From: Paraspadella gotoi
Taxonomy: Eukaryota > Animalia > Chaetognatha
Length of the DNA stretch: 64,000 nucleotides
Reading direction: 5' to 3'
Assembly (NCBI GenBank): GCA_051294375.1
Contig: JBJCIZ010000239.1
Span: forward strand, 3,113,476 to 3,177,475
Below, piece by piece: positions 1-15,302 of the stretch (within the stretch, counting starts at the first letter, position 1; each line of letters opens with the position of its first letter). Both the position numbers and the translations under genes were made by a program. The notes under the pieces were generated by a model, which was not told where the DNA came from, searched no databases, and saw only the letters and a program-made list of their open reading frames with translations.

Positions 1-194
1 TTTTAATTGCGTCGGCGTATTTACCAGAGAGAGAGAGAAACTTACAGTCAAAATGCTGACGGTTATAGTTCGAAATAAACGGGCCCGATGGTATAAGAAA
101 TGCAAAATCTATTTTTTTTTTTATCTTGGCCCTTTTCATTCTCCGCCTGAGATAGACTGTCAAACTTAGATTACGTAAATTGCAACTTCTTGTT

Positions 195-302
195 ATGAAA
201 TTGGTACGACCAATATAAAAATTATCCATTCATTTAATAACTAAGCTATCTTGCCCGTAACTTTGGACAGGCTTCGGTGTTTTGCGGCCTCCATCACTCT
301 TA
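195..302 (-). mobile_element. Truncated, diverged copy of ~250 bp interspersed repeat A
   Basis: atgaaattggtacgaccaatataaaaattatccattcatttaataa...ctttggacaggct...gcctccatcactctta aligns by eye to the start of 24729-24981 and to the reverse complement of the 3' half of 15829-16075. Confidence 0.75.
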
Positions 303-652
303 TGTGTATCTTGTAAACATGTAAATGGATTGAAAGCCTTAAAACCCACTCATATAACCTGTCCCAAATCAAGACACGAGATATAGAACAAAAGTAGATT
401 CCGTCCTCTGAACCTTACCAACGTTCCACGATAACAGCTGAGGTTTCACGGCGCGCGAGAGATGGCGTAAGACTTTGTTCATCGAGAATGTTTAGTGGGG
501 GATCGTGAGTTCAGTGAATGGGTTGCGTTTTAGTGAAAAAATGTTTCGGAAAATTACGATAAAAAAAGGTCCCACAATATCTTTCTGTTCGGCCACAAAA
601 GTGGAAACAATTGTTGTTTGGAAAACACAATTCACTTGTTTCCTATCACACA

Positions 653-698
<46 letters not shown>

Positions 699-1927
699 AA
701 AAAAGTGAGAGGAAATGAGAAAGATTTTCACGTCTCTTCTTCACAAAATTAGTGGGATTTTCACGGGTCGATCGCGTGCGAGACTCGAAAATAAAGAATC
801 CCCTCAAGTTTACGACTCAAAAGAGAAATGATATATACCGGGGGGAGAGAGAGAGAGAGAGACGTTCTGTAGAGTTGTTACCAATGCTAAAAAAAATAGT
901 TCGTGACTCGTAATACGAAGATTTCATTACGAACCGACACATCGCAAAAAGGCGAAGATGGAAAAAAAAATATTTAAATAAATACATGTAGTTTACTCTC
1001 TCTCCCTCTGTGTGTGTGTGTGCCTCTCTCTCACTCACTCTTCCCCCCCCCTAACCAGCACTTGACCCAAATTACCACAAAATTACAATATATTTCTTTC
1101 CCATAATTTTCCCTCTAACCCGTCTGTCTTTTTCTCAATGAACCTTTTCCCCTTTCTTTCATTTCTTTTTTTTTCCCCAAACGCGATTTCCACAGTTGCC
1201 TTTAAAAAAACGGACACGCAAATTCTTTTTGCTTCGTCGTCGTCTTCGTCGTCGTCGTCGTCTTACGGATTTGTAACATAATCGGTACGACGACGACAAC
1301 GAAAGCTTCATCTATGAGTGCCATAAGGTTGTCCCCTTGTCGAAAACCTCTCCTTTTTTTCCTCTCTTTTCGTCGGCGGCAATAAGTAAGACACACAATC
1401 GGTTGGGGGAGAAAATCACGAAGCCGCAGCGGACCAATCGACGACGTTTTTCCTCGACAGCGAAGGAAAATTCGACCAATAGTGGAGCGAGAGTTTTTCT
1501 TGGCGACGTCGTAGAGGAAGAGGAGAATCGAAGGGAACGGCGACGACGATGAGAACGACGACGACGAGGAATCTTCGCTAAGCTCGCTCTTCCCTTCCGC
1601 GCTCTTCCTTCTCCCATAGAAAAGCACTGCGTTAGGGCGTACACGAGATAAGCATCGCCCGTTTTTTTCTGGCTTGTAAATTCGGAGGGACGCTTGTCCC
1701 TTGTCTTGTCTTATCTGATCCTGGAAAAATAACACTCGGGCGTTTGAGAAAAGAAAGGAAACGAAAATTGTGAGTAGATATATAACTAAAAATTCGCCCA
1801 CGTTTAACGATATTTTTTTGGAACACTATTTTTGGTCGCTTTCTCTGAAAAAATAAAGAAAGATGCCACAGTTAAAACACCTTTTACGTCTCGAGCCCTG
1901 TTACAACTAATATTCCAAAGTGTTTGC

Positions 1928-2063
<136 letters not shown>

Positions 2064-2328
2064 TAGAGAGAGAGGAATCCTTGGAAAAATATGTCTTACC
2101 CTCTACGATGACGAAGTGAGAAAAGATCTTGGAAGACCGAGATTTCAAGGAATGTTTCGAACTTACCCTTTTTCGTCTTCACCTCCCTTCTCCTCCTCCT
2201 CCTCCTCCTCCTCCTCCTCCAAAGGTGTTTTCCTCTCCATCGTCGTCTTCTCGTCTGCGCCGATCGATTCACGACGACCCTTCTCCTCCTCTTCCTCCTC
2301 CCTATTCCTACAGCATTGCGTGCATGCT

Positions 2329-2338
2329 TATATATAAA
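2329..2338 (+). promoter_or_regulatory. Candidate TATA box upstream of Zic
   Basis: tatatataaa inside otherwise GC-richer sequence ~510 bp upstream of the Zic ATG; position only, no TSS evidence. Confidence 0.25.
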
Positions 2339-2846
2339 CCTCAGCGTCGTCGTATTTGCTTCTTCAAAATTAGTTCGGACTCGACGTGGTTTTATTTTGT
2401 GTGCGTGTATTTTTCCCTGTCCGATCGAAAACAAAAACGATGTTCGCTGTTCGGATATAGATAAAAATAAAACTTAAAATAAAACTATCGTCGTCGTTGT
2501 TTTCTTCCTTAACTAACAAATAAAAACAATCGCTAATTATATTCCATTAAGACGCAACAGAAGATCCACTCTTTGTTTTTAAAATTGAGAAAAAAAAAAC
2601 CACCATTTTGTTATGGGAAAAAAAAAAGAGTTCTCGACAACAAAACTTAGCTAAAGACGTTAAATAAAGAAATACAATATAAAAGCCTAAAAAACTTAAT
2701 CCTAAAAAAAAAAAACACTTTAAACAAACGAAAATAATTGCCGAACAAAACTTGGGATCTCAATTTCATCTTCGCCGCCGCTAAAACCCCCGCGACTGCA
2801 CGCCCCCCCTTTCGCTTCTACCTCTCGCCCCCCCTTACGACGCGAT

Positions 2847-3939
2847 ATGATCAACCCGTTCATGGACCCTTCCGCCCACGCCGCCGCCGCCGCCCACTTG
2901 CCGCCCGGCGCTCTCAAACTCTCCCCACCTCATCACATGACGGCGGCGGAAGCGACTCAAGGCGGACACCAGGCGCCTTTCCACGCCGCCGCCGCCGCCA
3001 ACTCGGGCGCCGCCAACGGCTACAACGGTTACAACGCCGCCGCCGCCGCCGCCGCTCACCACGGCTACTCATCGGCGACGCGGGACTTTCTCCTCCGCGG
3101 CGCCGCACGCGACGCCGCCTCCCTCGGCGCCCTCGATTCCCTCGCCGGCGCCGGAGTTGGATCCTCGGCGGCGGCGGCGCATCACGCAGCCACGGCCGCC
3201 GCAGGAATGTACTCGTCGGCGGCGCAGCCTCATCACGATCCCGCCAACGCGATGCTCTTCAACTCTCTTCACGACGCGTCGACGGCCGCGTCGACGGCGG
3301 CGCATCTCGCCGCCACCGCCGGCTACGGACGCGCCCATCATCCTCATCATCACGATCCCCACGGGTTCAATCAGTTCAACACTGTCGCCGCGGCGTCTCA
3401 AGGCCTCGCCTCTCGCACGGCCGACCACCTGGGCCATCATTTCGCTCACCCCATGAACGGCTACTCCATGAATCCCGCCGCCGCCATGAACGGAGCCATG
3501 AGCGGGGCCATGGGCGCCGCAATGTCCGGCGCCATGTCGGGCGGCTATGGCGGCATGGCGGCCTACCCGGGCGCCGCCGGTGCTTTCTTCCGTTACATGC
3601 GTCAGCCCATCAAGCAGGAACACGTCTGCATGTGGATCGATCACGACATTCCCGGCGTTTCGTCCACCGACAGAAAGACTTGCGGCAAAACATTCGGCAC
3701 GATGCACGAGATCGTCACTCACCTGACTGTAGAACACGTGGGCGGACCCGAGCAGACTTACCACGCCTGCTTCTGGCAAAACTGCGCCCGAGAGGGTCGG
3801 CCCTTTAAGGCGAAATATAAACTCGTCAATCACATACGGGTGCATACGGGGGAGAAGCCGTTTCCTTGTCCTTTCCCCGGATGTGGGAAGGTCTTCGCGA
3901 GGAGCGAGAATCTCAAGATTCACAAAAGAACTCATACAG
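2847..3939 (+). CDS. Zic: Zic/odd-paired C2H2 zinc-finger transcription factor, coding exon 1 (ZOC, ZF-NC, ZF1-ZF3)
   Basis: ATG 2847. ZOC motif RDFLLR (3081-3098); [18 protein letters not shown]; ZF1 CMW...C..H..EH and ZF2 CFWQNC (tandem CWCH2); ZF3 [23 protein letters not shown]. Donor ACAG|GTGAAT at 3939/3940, phase 1, matching the conserved Zic intron between ZF3 and ZF4. Confidence 0.97.
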
Positions 3940-4875
3940 GTGAATTGAATGGGCGATGTGAGAGGGTGAAGGGGTGAAAATCAATCAGGGACTTTCGTAA
4001 TTTAAACAATTTCTTGTATATTTTAATTACATCAGACGATAAGCATATGAGGTAACAAACTTTTAATAAAATTGAATTTTAAAAATTATTATTGTCGAAC
4101 GATTGAGACGTTTAATGGAGAAAATGAATCAGTATAACGAATAAATTATATACAGAAGTCCGTTATTAATAAAAATAAATCGTTGTTGAAAACTAATTTC
4201 AAACTCTTCTATACAGAAGTACTACAACTATGACAATTAAAGAGGAGAATCAGTATTAGAATATCATTTTTTCACGATGACAAACCCGGACATTTTGAAT
4301 TGCTTTAATTTACATCATATGAACTTTTTACTTGAGTTTTCACATCTCATCTTCCGGCCTCTTATAAATAAAGTGTCCTACTTGCTCAAATTAATTTCTA
4401 AGACGTTATACTAATTTGAGAGACATTACTCATTAGATCAGTGGTTCCCTTTGTAAAATCTTTCTTTACGGGTTTCAGCGTTATAAAAGTTTCCTATCCA
4501 GACCATATCGCCTAATTATTTTTTCCATTCTCAAGCTTTTCGAGGGTTCGACTTAAGAGTTAAGTTTTCTCAGCAAAAATGACCCATTTTTTGGGGGAAA
4601 TTTTAAGAAATCATATCAGTTTGTCCGACACACAGGCTAATTGTAGTGATTCGTTCGATTTTCGTTTGAAGTCGTCGCGCTAACGAGAGTTTTCCTAATT
4701 TTTTTAGACTCAAAAAATCTTAGATCGCGCGACTCGCTTCCTGTTCCCTCCCAATTCTGTCTCCGATCTTTACATCCGTTCTGGCAACGAGAGAGAGAGA
4801 GAGAGAGAGAGAGCGGCCTCTTTCAATTTTAATTTGTTGTGACTAAAGTGAAGGATTTTTCTTGTATTTCCGTCG

Positions 4876-4907
<32 letters not shown>

Positions 4908-5328
4908 TTCATCGTCGTCGCCGTCAGCGTCGGTCTCTCCCTTTTCTTTTCCATTGTCGCATCCTTTATTCGTTTTCAGTTCCGCGAAAAGAAAGAAAGA
5001 GAAAGAAAAGAAGAAACGATTTATATTCGGGTGAAAAATCATTTATTTCTCAAATTGAGAGTGACGTGTCTGACGTGCGCTTCGATGTTCAGATTCATCC
5101 GTCACCCGGAAAAAAAAAAGGGGATTGCCTTTTTTTTCCCCCCTTTTCCTTCGTTTATTTTCCTTTTTTTTCCTTTTATTTTTCATATCTTTTTCGCATC
5201 TTTCTTTTTCCTCGTCAAATTCTTTTTAGAAATTTATTTTCCTAGACTTGGGTCTCTCGGCGTTGACGTTTCTCAAGACTGAGTTCCGACATTTTTTTGT
5301 CGTCTGACATGGTTTCGCGCTCTTATTT

Positions 5329-5382
<54 letters not shown>

Positions 5383-5476
5383 GAGAGGAGAGAGAGAGAG
5401 AGCGAGCGATTTCGCAATTTCGCGCCCTGTGTAATTTAATCGTTTAAACATGTCATTTGGAAGCGTTGAACCGGTA

Positions 5477-5558
<82 letters not shown>

Positions 5559-5777
5559 CTCTTCTCTCTCACAAGCGTGTTCGATGAACTTCCAGTTTAT
5601 TTTTGTATCCAAATAATTTGTTGTTTACAAAATCTAAATAACAAAATTCTTGCGTTCTAGTCGAATCGGCCCGTTGAAACTCCCGCTTTCTCGACCGTCG
5701 GAAATTTAGAAACACCCTCTCTCATTCTGGTGCCCTGTTAGGCTCTCTACACTTTCTTCTTCTTAATTTTCCTCAGC

Positions 5778-5845
<68 letters not shown>

Positions 5846-5950
5846 ATCTGCTCTGCCAGCTCGTGTTCGTGATTTCGGATTCGATAAAAAGATTTCATGT
5901 GTTTTTTCTAAGAATTCCTCTAGAAACGTGAGGGAAAAGTTAGGAGAGAG

Positions 5951-6014
<64 letters not shown>

Positions 6015-6621
6015 AGAAAAGTGGATAGATGTTTTGTTTGAGATGAACTGAAGAGTTTTGTCACAGATATTATCACTACGTTCACTCGTCGTCTTTTTCC
6101 GCGTCGTCGTCGTCGTCGTCGTTTTATTTTGCACATTCGCTGTTCTTTTCTTGTTTATTCGCGATGACCGTTCGCAGCCTCCTAAACTTTCACTGTCTTT
6201 CTAAATCTTTTTTTTTTATTTTGGGGTTTCGTTGTTATCTCTCTCTCTTTGTTTGTTAATTGTTTGTTTATTTCTATGCTTATAACAGAAAACATTTTTA
6301 ATTTTCAGTATCTTTATACAAACTTTATTTGCTTTTTTGACTTCTTACGTTTTTTTCCCCTTTTTTTCTTTTCGTCCTCTCTCTCTCCCTTTCTTTCTTT
6401 GATTATTTTCTTTCTTTCTTTCCCTCTTTCCATTTCTTCTTTCCACTCCGTCGCCGACTCCCAAATTTTCGCGTGTTCCTACTTCGCACTCGTCGGAGGC
6501 AAAATCTTCTCACGGAGAAACCAAACTTAGAAAAAAAAAAAAAGAAAGAAATGGAAAAATAACGCGGAAAAAATTCGGGGAAAAATAGAAAGGAAAAAAA
6601 AGTTAGCATGTGAAAAGTCAA

Positions 6622-6681
<60 letters not shown>

Positions 6682-8944
6682 TCTAGGAAATGTTTTTTTT
6701 TCACGTAATCTGGGCGCTGCCCTCCCAACGTTCATCAAGATCCAACATTTTCATTTCGCTTTCTCTGCTTCTTGACAACCTGAGGGATGCTATTTTGTTT
6801 ACCGGATGATCTTTTGTTTTTGTTTTTGTTTTAATCTTCGTTGGACACGGGGATCGACGGGTGACGCCCTCGCGGAGTTTTAAATGATTTTAATCTTTTT
6901 TTTTATATTTTAAAACTAAAAGAAATAACGAACTTCCGTCGAAATTGAAGGAAAAAAAAAACTAAAAGCGAATCTCTCAACGTCACGCATGAGAACTGAG
7001 CTTTTTTTTGGGACAATGCTAAAAATCTAGAGAGAGAGAGAGAGAGAGAGAGAGAGNNNNNNNNNNNNNNNNNNNNNNNNNNNNNNNNNNNNNNNNNNNN
7101 NNNNNNNNNNNNNNNNNNNNNNNNNNNNNNNNNNNNNNNNNNNNNNNNNNNNNNNNNNNNNNNNNNNNNNNNNNNNNNNNNNNNNNNNNNNNNNNNNNNN
7201 NNNNNNNAGGGAAAGAAAGAGAGAGAGAGAGAGGGAGAGATAATTTTTTGTTTGATTTTTTTGCAAGCAAAGGAATTTGACGCAGGGAGACCAAAGTTAA
7301 CATACTATCTTGAAGAATGCACGGCTGGACGAGGGAGAAATGGAGCGATGGAAAGAAAGGAAAGAAAGGAAAGAAAAGAAAGAAAAAGAAAAAAAAGAAA
7401 AGAAAATTGAAAATAATGCGGGGATAGAAAGACGGGAGGAAAAAAATAGAGAATGCAGGCGGGGGACAGAAAAAAAGATGACAAAGTCAGTATGGAAGGA
7501 ATGTAAAATTGTAAGATATGTAATATTGAAGGAAAAATGTATTAATCAAACTGGAACATCTCTTTAAATTGAAAAAAAAAAACGAAAAAAAAGAAAGACA
7601 TGGAGACAAAAGAAATAAGAGAAAAGAGAAATATAGTAGAGATAAATAATAATACATTAGTGAATGGAAAAAAAAAACAAAGGACAGCAAAAAAAAAAAA
7701 AACGAGAGCATTTTTAACCTCGCGATGTCGAACGCGTCGTCAAGGAAACGCGTCTCGAACAGAAGAACAGTTCGATCGAAGGAGGAAGAAGAGGAAGAGG
7801 AAAAAAAATTATCAAAACAGAAACGCGCGGTGATGGAAAAAAAAACCTATTTACCGTAACAATAAAAGAAAAAAAAATTAGGATACAAAAAAAAATCTTA
7901 AGTTTCCGTATGATTTAGGAATTTATATTTTTTCCCCCTTTGAAAGCGTTTATGTTATCCTTTTAATTTTCTATTTATTCCCTTAAAAAAAATAAACATA
8001 TTTCTCTCTTCTTTTCTCCTTTTCTCTCCTTCTTTCCTTCCTTTCGTTCCTCTATTTCTCCTTCTCTCTTCCTCCCCTCTTCTATCTCTCCTTTTCTCCT
8101 TGCTCTCCTTCTCTCCTCTTCTGTTCTTCCTCTCCTTCTCTCCTTTCTTCATTCATTTCTCTTTTTTTTGTTGCATTTCGTCTTTTCTGGTTCCTCGACA
8201 TTTTATTAGTGCCAACACGAAAACTTTTTCGGCCCGCTTAAATCACAAAGGACTGTTCGAGGAAACTCGGGGAAGCCATTAACAAGGCGAATTCTCTCTC
8301 GTCTCTCTCTTCTCTCTCTCTCGTCCTCCTTCTCTCTTCTCCTCCCAGTGATGCCGGCACAAAATGCTATTGTTTAATGACCTAGCATTTTAAATTTTTC
8401 TTTTCTTTCACCTTCCAGCCTTTTCTGTTTTAATGTCTCTCTTCTGCGTCTCTCTCGCTCCCTCTTCTCTGCTCCTCTCTCTCTCTCTCTCTCTCTGCTC
8501 AAAACACTTCCGCTGAAAGAGGAATAATTTGTTGGTTTTTATATCATATGAGTCTCACGGAAATCTGTTTAGGTTTTCGTTTTTAACAGTGCAAGAAAGA
8601 AAAAGAAGAAAATGGAAAGAGAGGAGAGGAGAGCAGAGATGGAGAGAGAGAGAGATGACGAGAGGATGAGAGAGGGAGGAGAGATGGAGCTAGAGAGAAG
8701 AGAGACAATGCGGCGGAGGACGCAATCAGTCATGCCACTTTCATTCTTTTCTCTTACACCTCGGGGTTTTTTCCTTCTCTTTTCTTTTTTTTCCGGTGTT
8801 TTTTTTTTTTTTTATTGCGCTCTCCCTTTTTCCTTTTATGGTTCTCAAATTCAGTTTCTTGCNNNNNNNNNNNNNNNNNNNNNNNNNTTCTTGTTCCTTA
8901 TTCAATTAAACTAATTTGCTATGGTGATTTTACAAAGGACAACA

Positions 8945-9002
<58 letters not shown>

Positions 9003-9151
9003 TTAGCCTCAAACCATAGCAACTTGAAAAAGTTTTTTATTTCTGTCTTTTGTATCAAATTTCATGATGCAATTTATATTTTCTGTTTCTTCCTGTTTAA
9101 TTCCCATTTTTTTTCGTCCGTCCGTCTGTCGGGTCTCTCTATATGTCCGTT

Positions 9152-9154
<3 letters not shown>

Positions 9155-9243
<89 letters not shown>
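9155..9243. repeat. (TTTC)n microsatellite in the Zic intron
   Basis: Tetranucleotide run seen directly. Confidence 0.9.
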
Positions 9244-9244
<1 letters not shown>

Positions 9245-9847
9245 GTTTCAATTTGCATCAGTTTTTCCAAGAATTGGGTTATTCTTACGCTGAAAGTTTT
9301 GATCTGAAGGATTTTCGATTCTTGAAGACTTTTTTGAGAGGCCCTTCGACGACGACGACGACGACAACGACGTCAATCGATGTTTTCTAGTGTCGACGAC
9401 GAAAACAAAGCCTATTATCTTTTAATATCTTTTAATCTTATTTTATGATTTTCAAATATTTTAGATTGATGATTTTGTTCATTTCCTCATTGTGAAAATT
9501 TGGCATTTTTTGATCCTCTTCATCTAAGATGAAGAAAACAATAATTATCGTCATCGTCATCATCATCATCATCATTATCACAGCCATCATCAACATCACT
9601 TACTGCGGCCGGTGATTCGAAGATCATCATCTTAACCAACACCATCGTCTCTCTCTCTCTCTCTCTCTCCTCTCTTCTCTCTCTCTCTCTCTCTCTCCTC
9701 TCTCTCTCCTCTCTCTCTCTTCAGCATGGGCCGCGGGCAGCCGCGGCAGCGCGGTCCACCGCGGAAAATAATGAAATTAATCAAAGATGTTGAGTAATTA
9801 TAAACATACGCGACAAACCGTAAGACAAGAAAAACATAGAAAAAAAA

Positions 9848-9914
<67 letters not shown>

Positions 9915-10639
9915 GTAAAAACCTCAAAAAATCTGAGAAGATATGCGTTTGAATAGAGTGGTGATGTATTTAAAACCCAAGAAAAATTCCATGTACAAAA
10001 TGCGATGTATCAATTTTCACTAAGGCTGAAAAAAAAATATATTCTAAATTCTGAACCAACTCGTTGTTACCGAATCAACTTGATGTTTTTTTTTCGGTGA
10101 ACTAATTGTCATTCTTAGAGATCTAATAATATCGAACAGATAAAATTATAAAAATGTTTTCGCAAAAGATTTAAAATTTGCAATTTTTTTTTTTTTTGGT
10201 TGAAAAAAAGTTTTCGGGGGAAATTCGCTGGAGTAATTGGTTCCAGTCTCTCCCGTAGCAAAAGAAGAAAAGAAAAAAAAAGGATTGAAAAGAAAAAGAA
10301 AGAAAAAAACAGAATATAAGTAAGAAAAAGAGAGAAAAAAATTCTTATTTTCGACGAATTTTTCTGTTTGGTTAAAATTTTTTCATTTTTGTATTTTTTT
10401 TTCTTTCTTTTTCTTCTATTTTCTCTTCTCCCTCGAACTCGTCCTCCCCTTAAAACTCCTCCCTCTTTTTTCCCGCCTTTTCACAAGAAGCTGTTGATGT
10501 GAGGATCTGATCAGAGAAAGAGAGAGAGAGCGGGAGAAAGAGAGAGCGAGAGTGAGAGAGAACAAAATGGATGGAAAAGGCAAAGACAGGGGAAGAGAAA
10601 AGAAAATAATCAATCATCTTATCTTCAAATACAAAAGTG

Positions 10640-10688
<49 letters not shown>

Positions 10689-11371
10689 CTCTTTCGATAA
10701 GTAATGGAAGTACAAATGAAGAGAAACAAAAAATGTCAGGGAATTTATAATAAATAGAAGGATTTGTATTCGAGTCGTAGTACCAAACAAAAACGAAATG
10801 AAAAATTCGTCGTAATAAATAAAAAGTGAAAAATAAATAAAGACTCGAAATGAAAAATTAAAAAAGGGGAATGACTGCAACGCAAGTAAAAAAAAAACAA
10901 AACATATTTTTTTTCTTTCTGTTAAACGAATTAATGTTTCTCTCTATTAAAAGGAATTTAGAATCTTCGAGTTCCACTTTGTCGGTTCGCTGGATCGTTT
11001 TCAACTCGTGCCAAAAATTGGTCTGCTTCGTTTCTTAATATTAATATCATTTTTTTAAATAAAAAAGATATTTATTCTCGAGTTTGGAGATCTGAGTTTA
11101 AACCTTAGTACGTTCCTTCTTGTCAATCTATTTGTCTGTCTGTCTGTCGAGAGTTCAGCGCGACTTTTCACGAGTCTGAAAATTTAATTTAAATATATTG
11201 GACTACAGAGATTCTTGATAGATGTTAAATTGTGTTATTTTGAGTTTTATGTAGACATTGTATTGTATTGTATTATTTATGTATTAATTATTCTCCAGTT
11301 ATAATATCAACTTAAACCAAACCCTCAGCGAGTGAAAAAATTCGATCCTCAGAAGTTTTTAAATAGTGTAG

Positions 11372-12490
<1,119 letters not shown>

Positions 12491-13144
12491 GAGAGAGAAA
12501 AAGAAGGGGGGGGTGGGGTGTGAAGAGGATTTAGTCGAGAGTTGAGAGTAGAAGAAATAAGTTGTTTTTTTGTTTTTTTTAATCTCTAGTGTCACAATCT
12601 AAAAAAAAATGTTTAGAAAAATGAACAAATATTGTTAGAATTGTTTTTTCCTTTTTTTTATTTAAATAATTTAGCTAATAAGTTTTTTTAGTTTATATTT
12701 TAATGATTTCTAAATTCGCTTCTTTACAGAGCGAGAGAGGGTATATTAATAAATGGGGGCGCAGTTGAAACTGTCCCCTTGTAGCCCCGTTCAAACCGCG
12801 TCTTTTTGGACGGCGTAATACTTGTGAGAGCGAGGGAAGGGAGATGAGGCGTCTTGATTGGAGAAAGAGAAATAGAGTAAGAGACCGAGAGAGAGTTAAA
12901 AATAAAAAATATGTAAAAATAAAGTCAAACGTAACGTTTAAACAATCAAGACTCTCTCTTTATCTCTCTCTATCTCTGCATCTCGCGAATTTCACCAAAA
13001 GAACAAAAACAAAATTCTGTTGGCATAATACTAAAAAGCATTTTTTTTATGTATTTCTGTTGCATCTCTTATCATTTTTTTTTTGGTTTGTTATTTTAAA
13101 TCTTTCTCCCGCTGTTAATTCATTCTCACTCATCGCGTCGTAAG

Positions 13145-13185
<41 letters not shown>

Positions 13186-13713
13186 ATTCGCAATCTCCCA
13201 TGTAAAAATGAATGTTCAACATTCTATTGATGCCATAAATTCATTGATTACTCGTAATTTTATTTGCCGCTGCGTTCCCTTTCTTTCCCTTTTTCCATTC
13301 GCCCTGTTTTTTTCCCCCCATTTTCCTTCTCTGTTCCCTTTCCCCCCCTCACCTTCCCCTTTTCCCTCCCTCCCTCTTTTCTCTTTCCTTTGCCCTTCCA
13401 GTTTTTCGTTACCCCATCCCGATTTTTTAGTACCGCACATTTGGTAAACTGTTTCTTATTCTAATTATTATTAATATTATTATTATTATTACAATGTGGT
13501 TTTAATTGAGATTCAGGGTATTTATTTCTTTAGTTTAAAAAAAATTCATTGTAGTAAGAGAGGCAGACTTCTTGATCGATCGGATCCATCTATCCATCTA
13601 TATGTACTGCAGACAGACAGACGGCAAAAAAGCTCGACTTTAGTAGTTATTAAACCCTCGCGAAAAAGGGAAAGCAGCGCATATAAATCCTATTTATATC
13701 TGTCAAGATATCG

Positions 13714-13730
13714 TGTACATAATGAATAAA
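13714..13730 (+). terminator. Candidate Zic polyadenylation signal with upstream TGTACATA
   Basis: AATAAA at 13725-13730 preceded by TGTACATA at 13714-13721. Other AATAAA hexamers occur near 12748 and 12901-12923, so the assignment is uncertain. Confidence 0.3.
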
Positions 13731-14615
13731 ATATTAACTAATCTTGAGAAAAACGACGCTAATTTGGTCGATAAAAGAAAAAAAAAAGGCGAGAGACGAT
13801 TTACTTTATGAAAAGTCGTAAAAGTTTCAAAAATCCGAGTTAAAAAGGGTCACAAGAAAATGACAAATCACCGGGAGGCAGCGATGAATCAGGAAAAAAA
13901 AATAATGTAGCGAGAACACTTTTTTTGTTAAACAAGAAAAACGAAAAGGGGGGAACGGTAAGAAAACAGGAAAACCAACCCCCTTTTGGACGAGACTCCC
14001 CAAAAATATGAAAAACACCTCGTAAATGATGCAATAAGACGGGAGAGTAACGGAAAAAAGGGCCTCCGGGGAGGACCCGAGGGGGGAAAAGGGCCTCGTA
14101 AAATGAAGGAAAAAGACGGGGGGGGAAATGAATCATAAATGAATCGTTTTTCTTTTTGGTTGTCGCGATGAACGGTCGTCGTCGTCGTCGTCGTCGTCGT
14201 CGTTTTGACGACCGAAAAGACAAGACGAAAGGCGACTAACGAATCCCAACCTCGCCCCCTCGACACAAGAAAAGAAAAAAAAAACGGAAAAGAAAGGAGA
14301 GAAAACAGGAAGAACTACTTGTTTACGTTGGCCATAAAACCTAAAAGCAAAACAACTTCCTCCTCCGTCTGACCCCAGAAAATGAGGAGGAGGAGGAGGA
14401 GGAGGAAGAGGAGGACGACGACGACGACCACTCAAGATCTCATTCGAATTTCGAGCCTCAATTTTCTCGTTTCCTTTCATTTTTTTTCCCCCTTTTTTTT
14501 TCTCGAGACGAAGATGTTTTCTCTTTTCTTTCCTGATTCGATTGGTTACTGTTAAAGCTATTCTCAGTAGCTATTTCGGAGTACAATATAGTATTCCCCG
14601 ATCTAATAATTGAGT

Positions 14616-14843
14616 GAGTGGTCTTTTCGTACAATTGAAACATTTTTTGAAATATTATACCACTTCATTAATAGGGAAGCCAGGTACTCTGGGAGTGAAT
14701 AAACGAAACTGTGAGAGAGTCTTGATTGAAAGCTTGCAGGGACCTTGTAAGAGTGGTGGAGGCCTTAAACCACCAAAGCCTGTCCAAAGTCAGGGGCAAG
14801 ATAGCTTGTTTATTAAACAAAAACAATTGGTTGTACCAATTTT
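14616..14843 (+). mobile_element. Interspersed repeat A, copy 1 (small internal deletion)
   Basis: gagtggtcttttc...gggaagccaggtactctgggagtgaataaacg...caaagtcaggggcaagatagc...ttggttgtaccaattt is near-identical to 15829-16075 and to the reverse complement of 24729-24981. Confidence 0.85.
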
Positions 14844-14895
14844 ATAAAGTGATCGATAAGTTCAGTTTAACAGTAGTTTAGTACGATTCAAATAT

Positions 14896-15184
14896 ATGTA
14901 GTCAGGCATTGATTAGGTTCACCCCGCCTAGAAGCATGACACTTTCAGTTGTGACCCGGTGGCTCATTGAGTAAAGCCATCAGCTCATGACTACTAGGTA
15001 CCGGGTTCAATCCCAACCCAGTACCTACCCTGCGGGAAGCGTGAGGACGGCCGTAAGCCGCCTTGGGGGCCTGGCAAACCCTCAAGCCTGGTTCCAAGCC
15101 CAGGGACCCTATCCATGGCTGTTAGAGGGGGTTATAGAAGTTATGGACAGTCATCTTCAGCCCATGTAGCGCCTTATTCATACA
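14896..15184 (+). mobile_element. SINE-like unit B, copy 1 (tRNA-like Pol III A/B boxes)
   Basis: A-box-like TGGCTCATTGAG (14960-14971) and B-box GGTTCAATCC (15004-15013); direct repeat of 15303-15591 with a 407 bp period. Confidence 0.55.
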
Positions 15185-15302
15185 GGTGAGCCCATAATGT
15201 CGAGCGTATTCCAACCTTCTGATTCCAGGCCCTTGGTCTAGCTGAAAATTGCTCCCCTCCCTCCACTGGAAGCAGTGCAGGGTGGGTTACAATCTGGGGG
15301 GC

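Noticed and set aside
2738-3935. Long overlapping ORFs (2738-3808 +, 3069-3935 -)
   Set aside because: Alternative-frame and antisense shadows of the GC-rich Zic exon 1
3940-3977. Read-through end of the Zic exon 1 ORF ([11 protein letters not shown])
   Set aside because: Intronic; splicing at 3939 restores the TGEKP linker and ZF4-5
14953-15020. Possible tRNA gene
   Set aside because: A/B-box-like motifs are present but I could not fold a cloverleaf with an acceptor stem; treated as SINE-like
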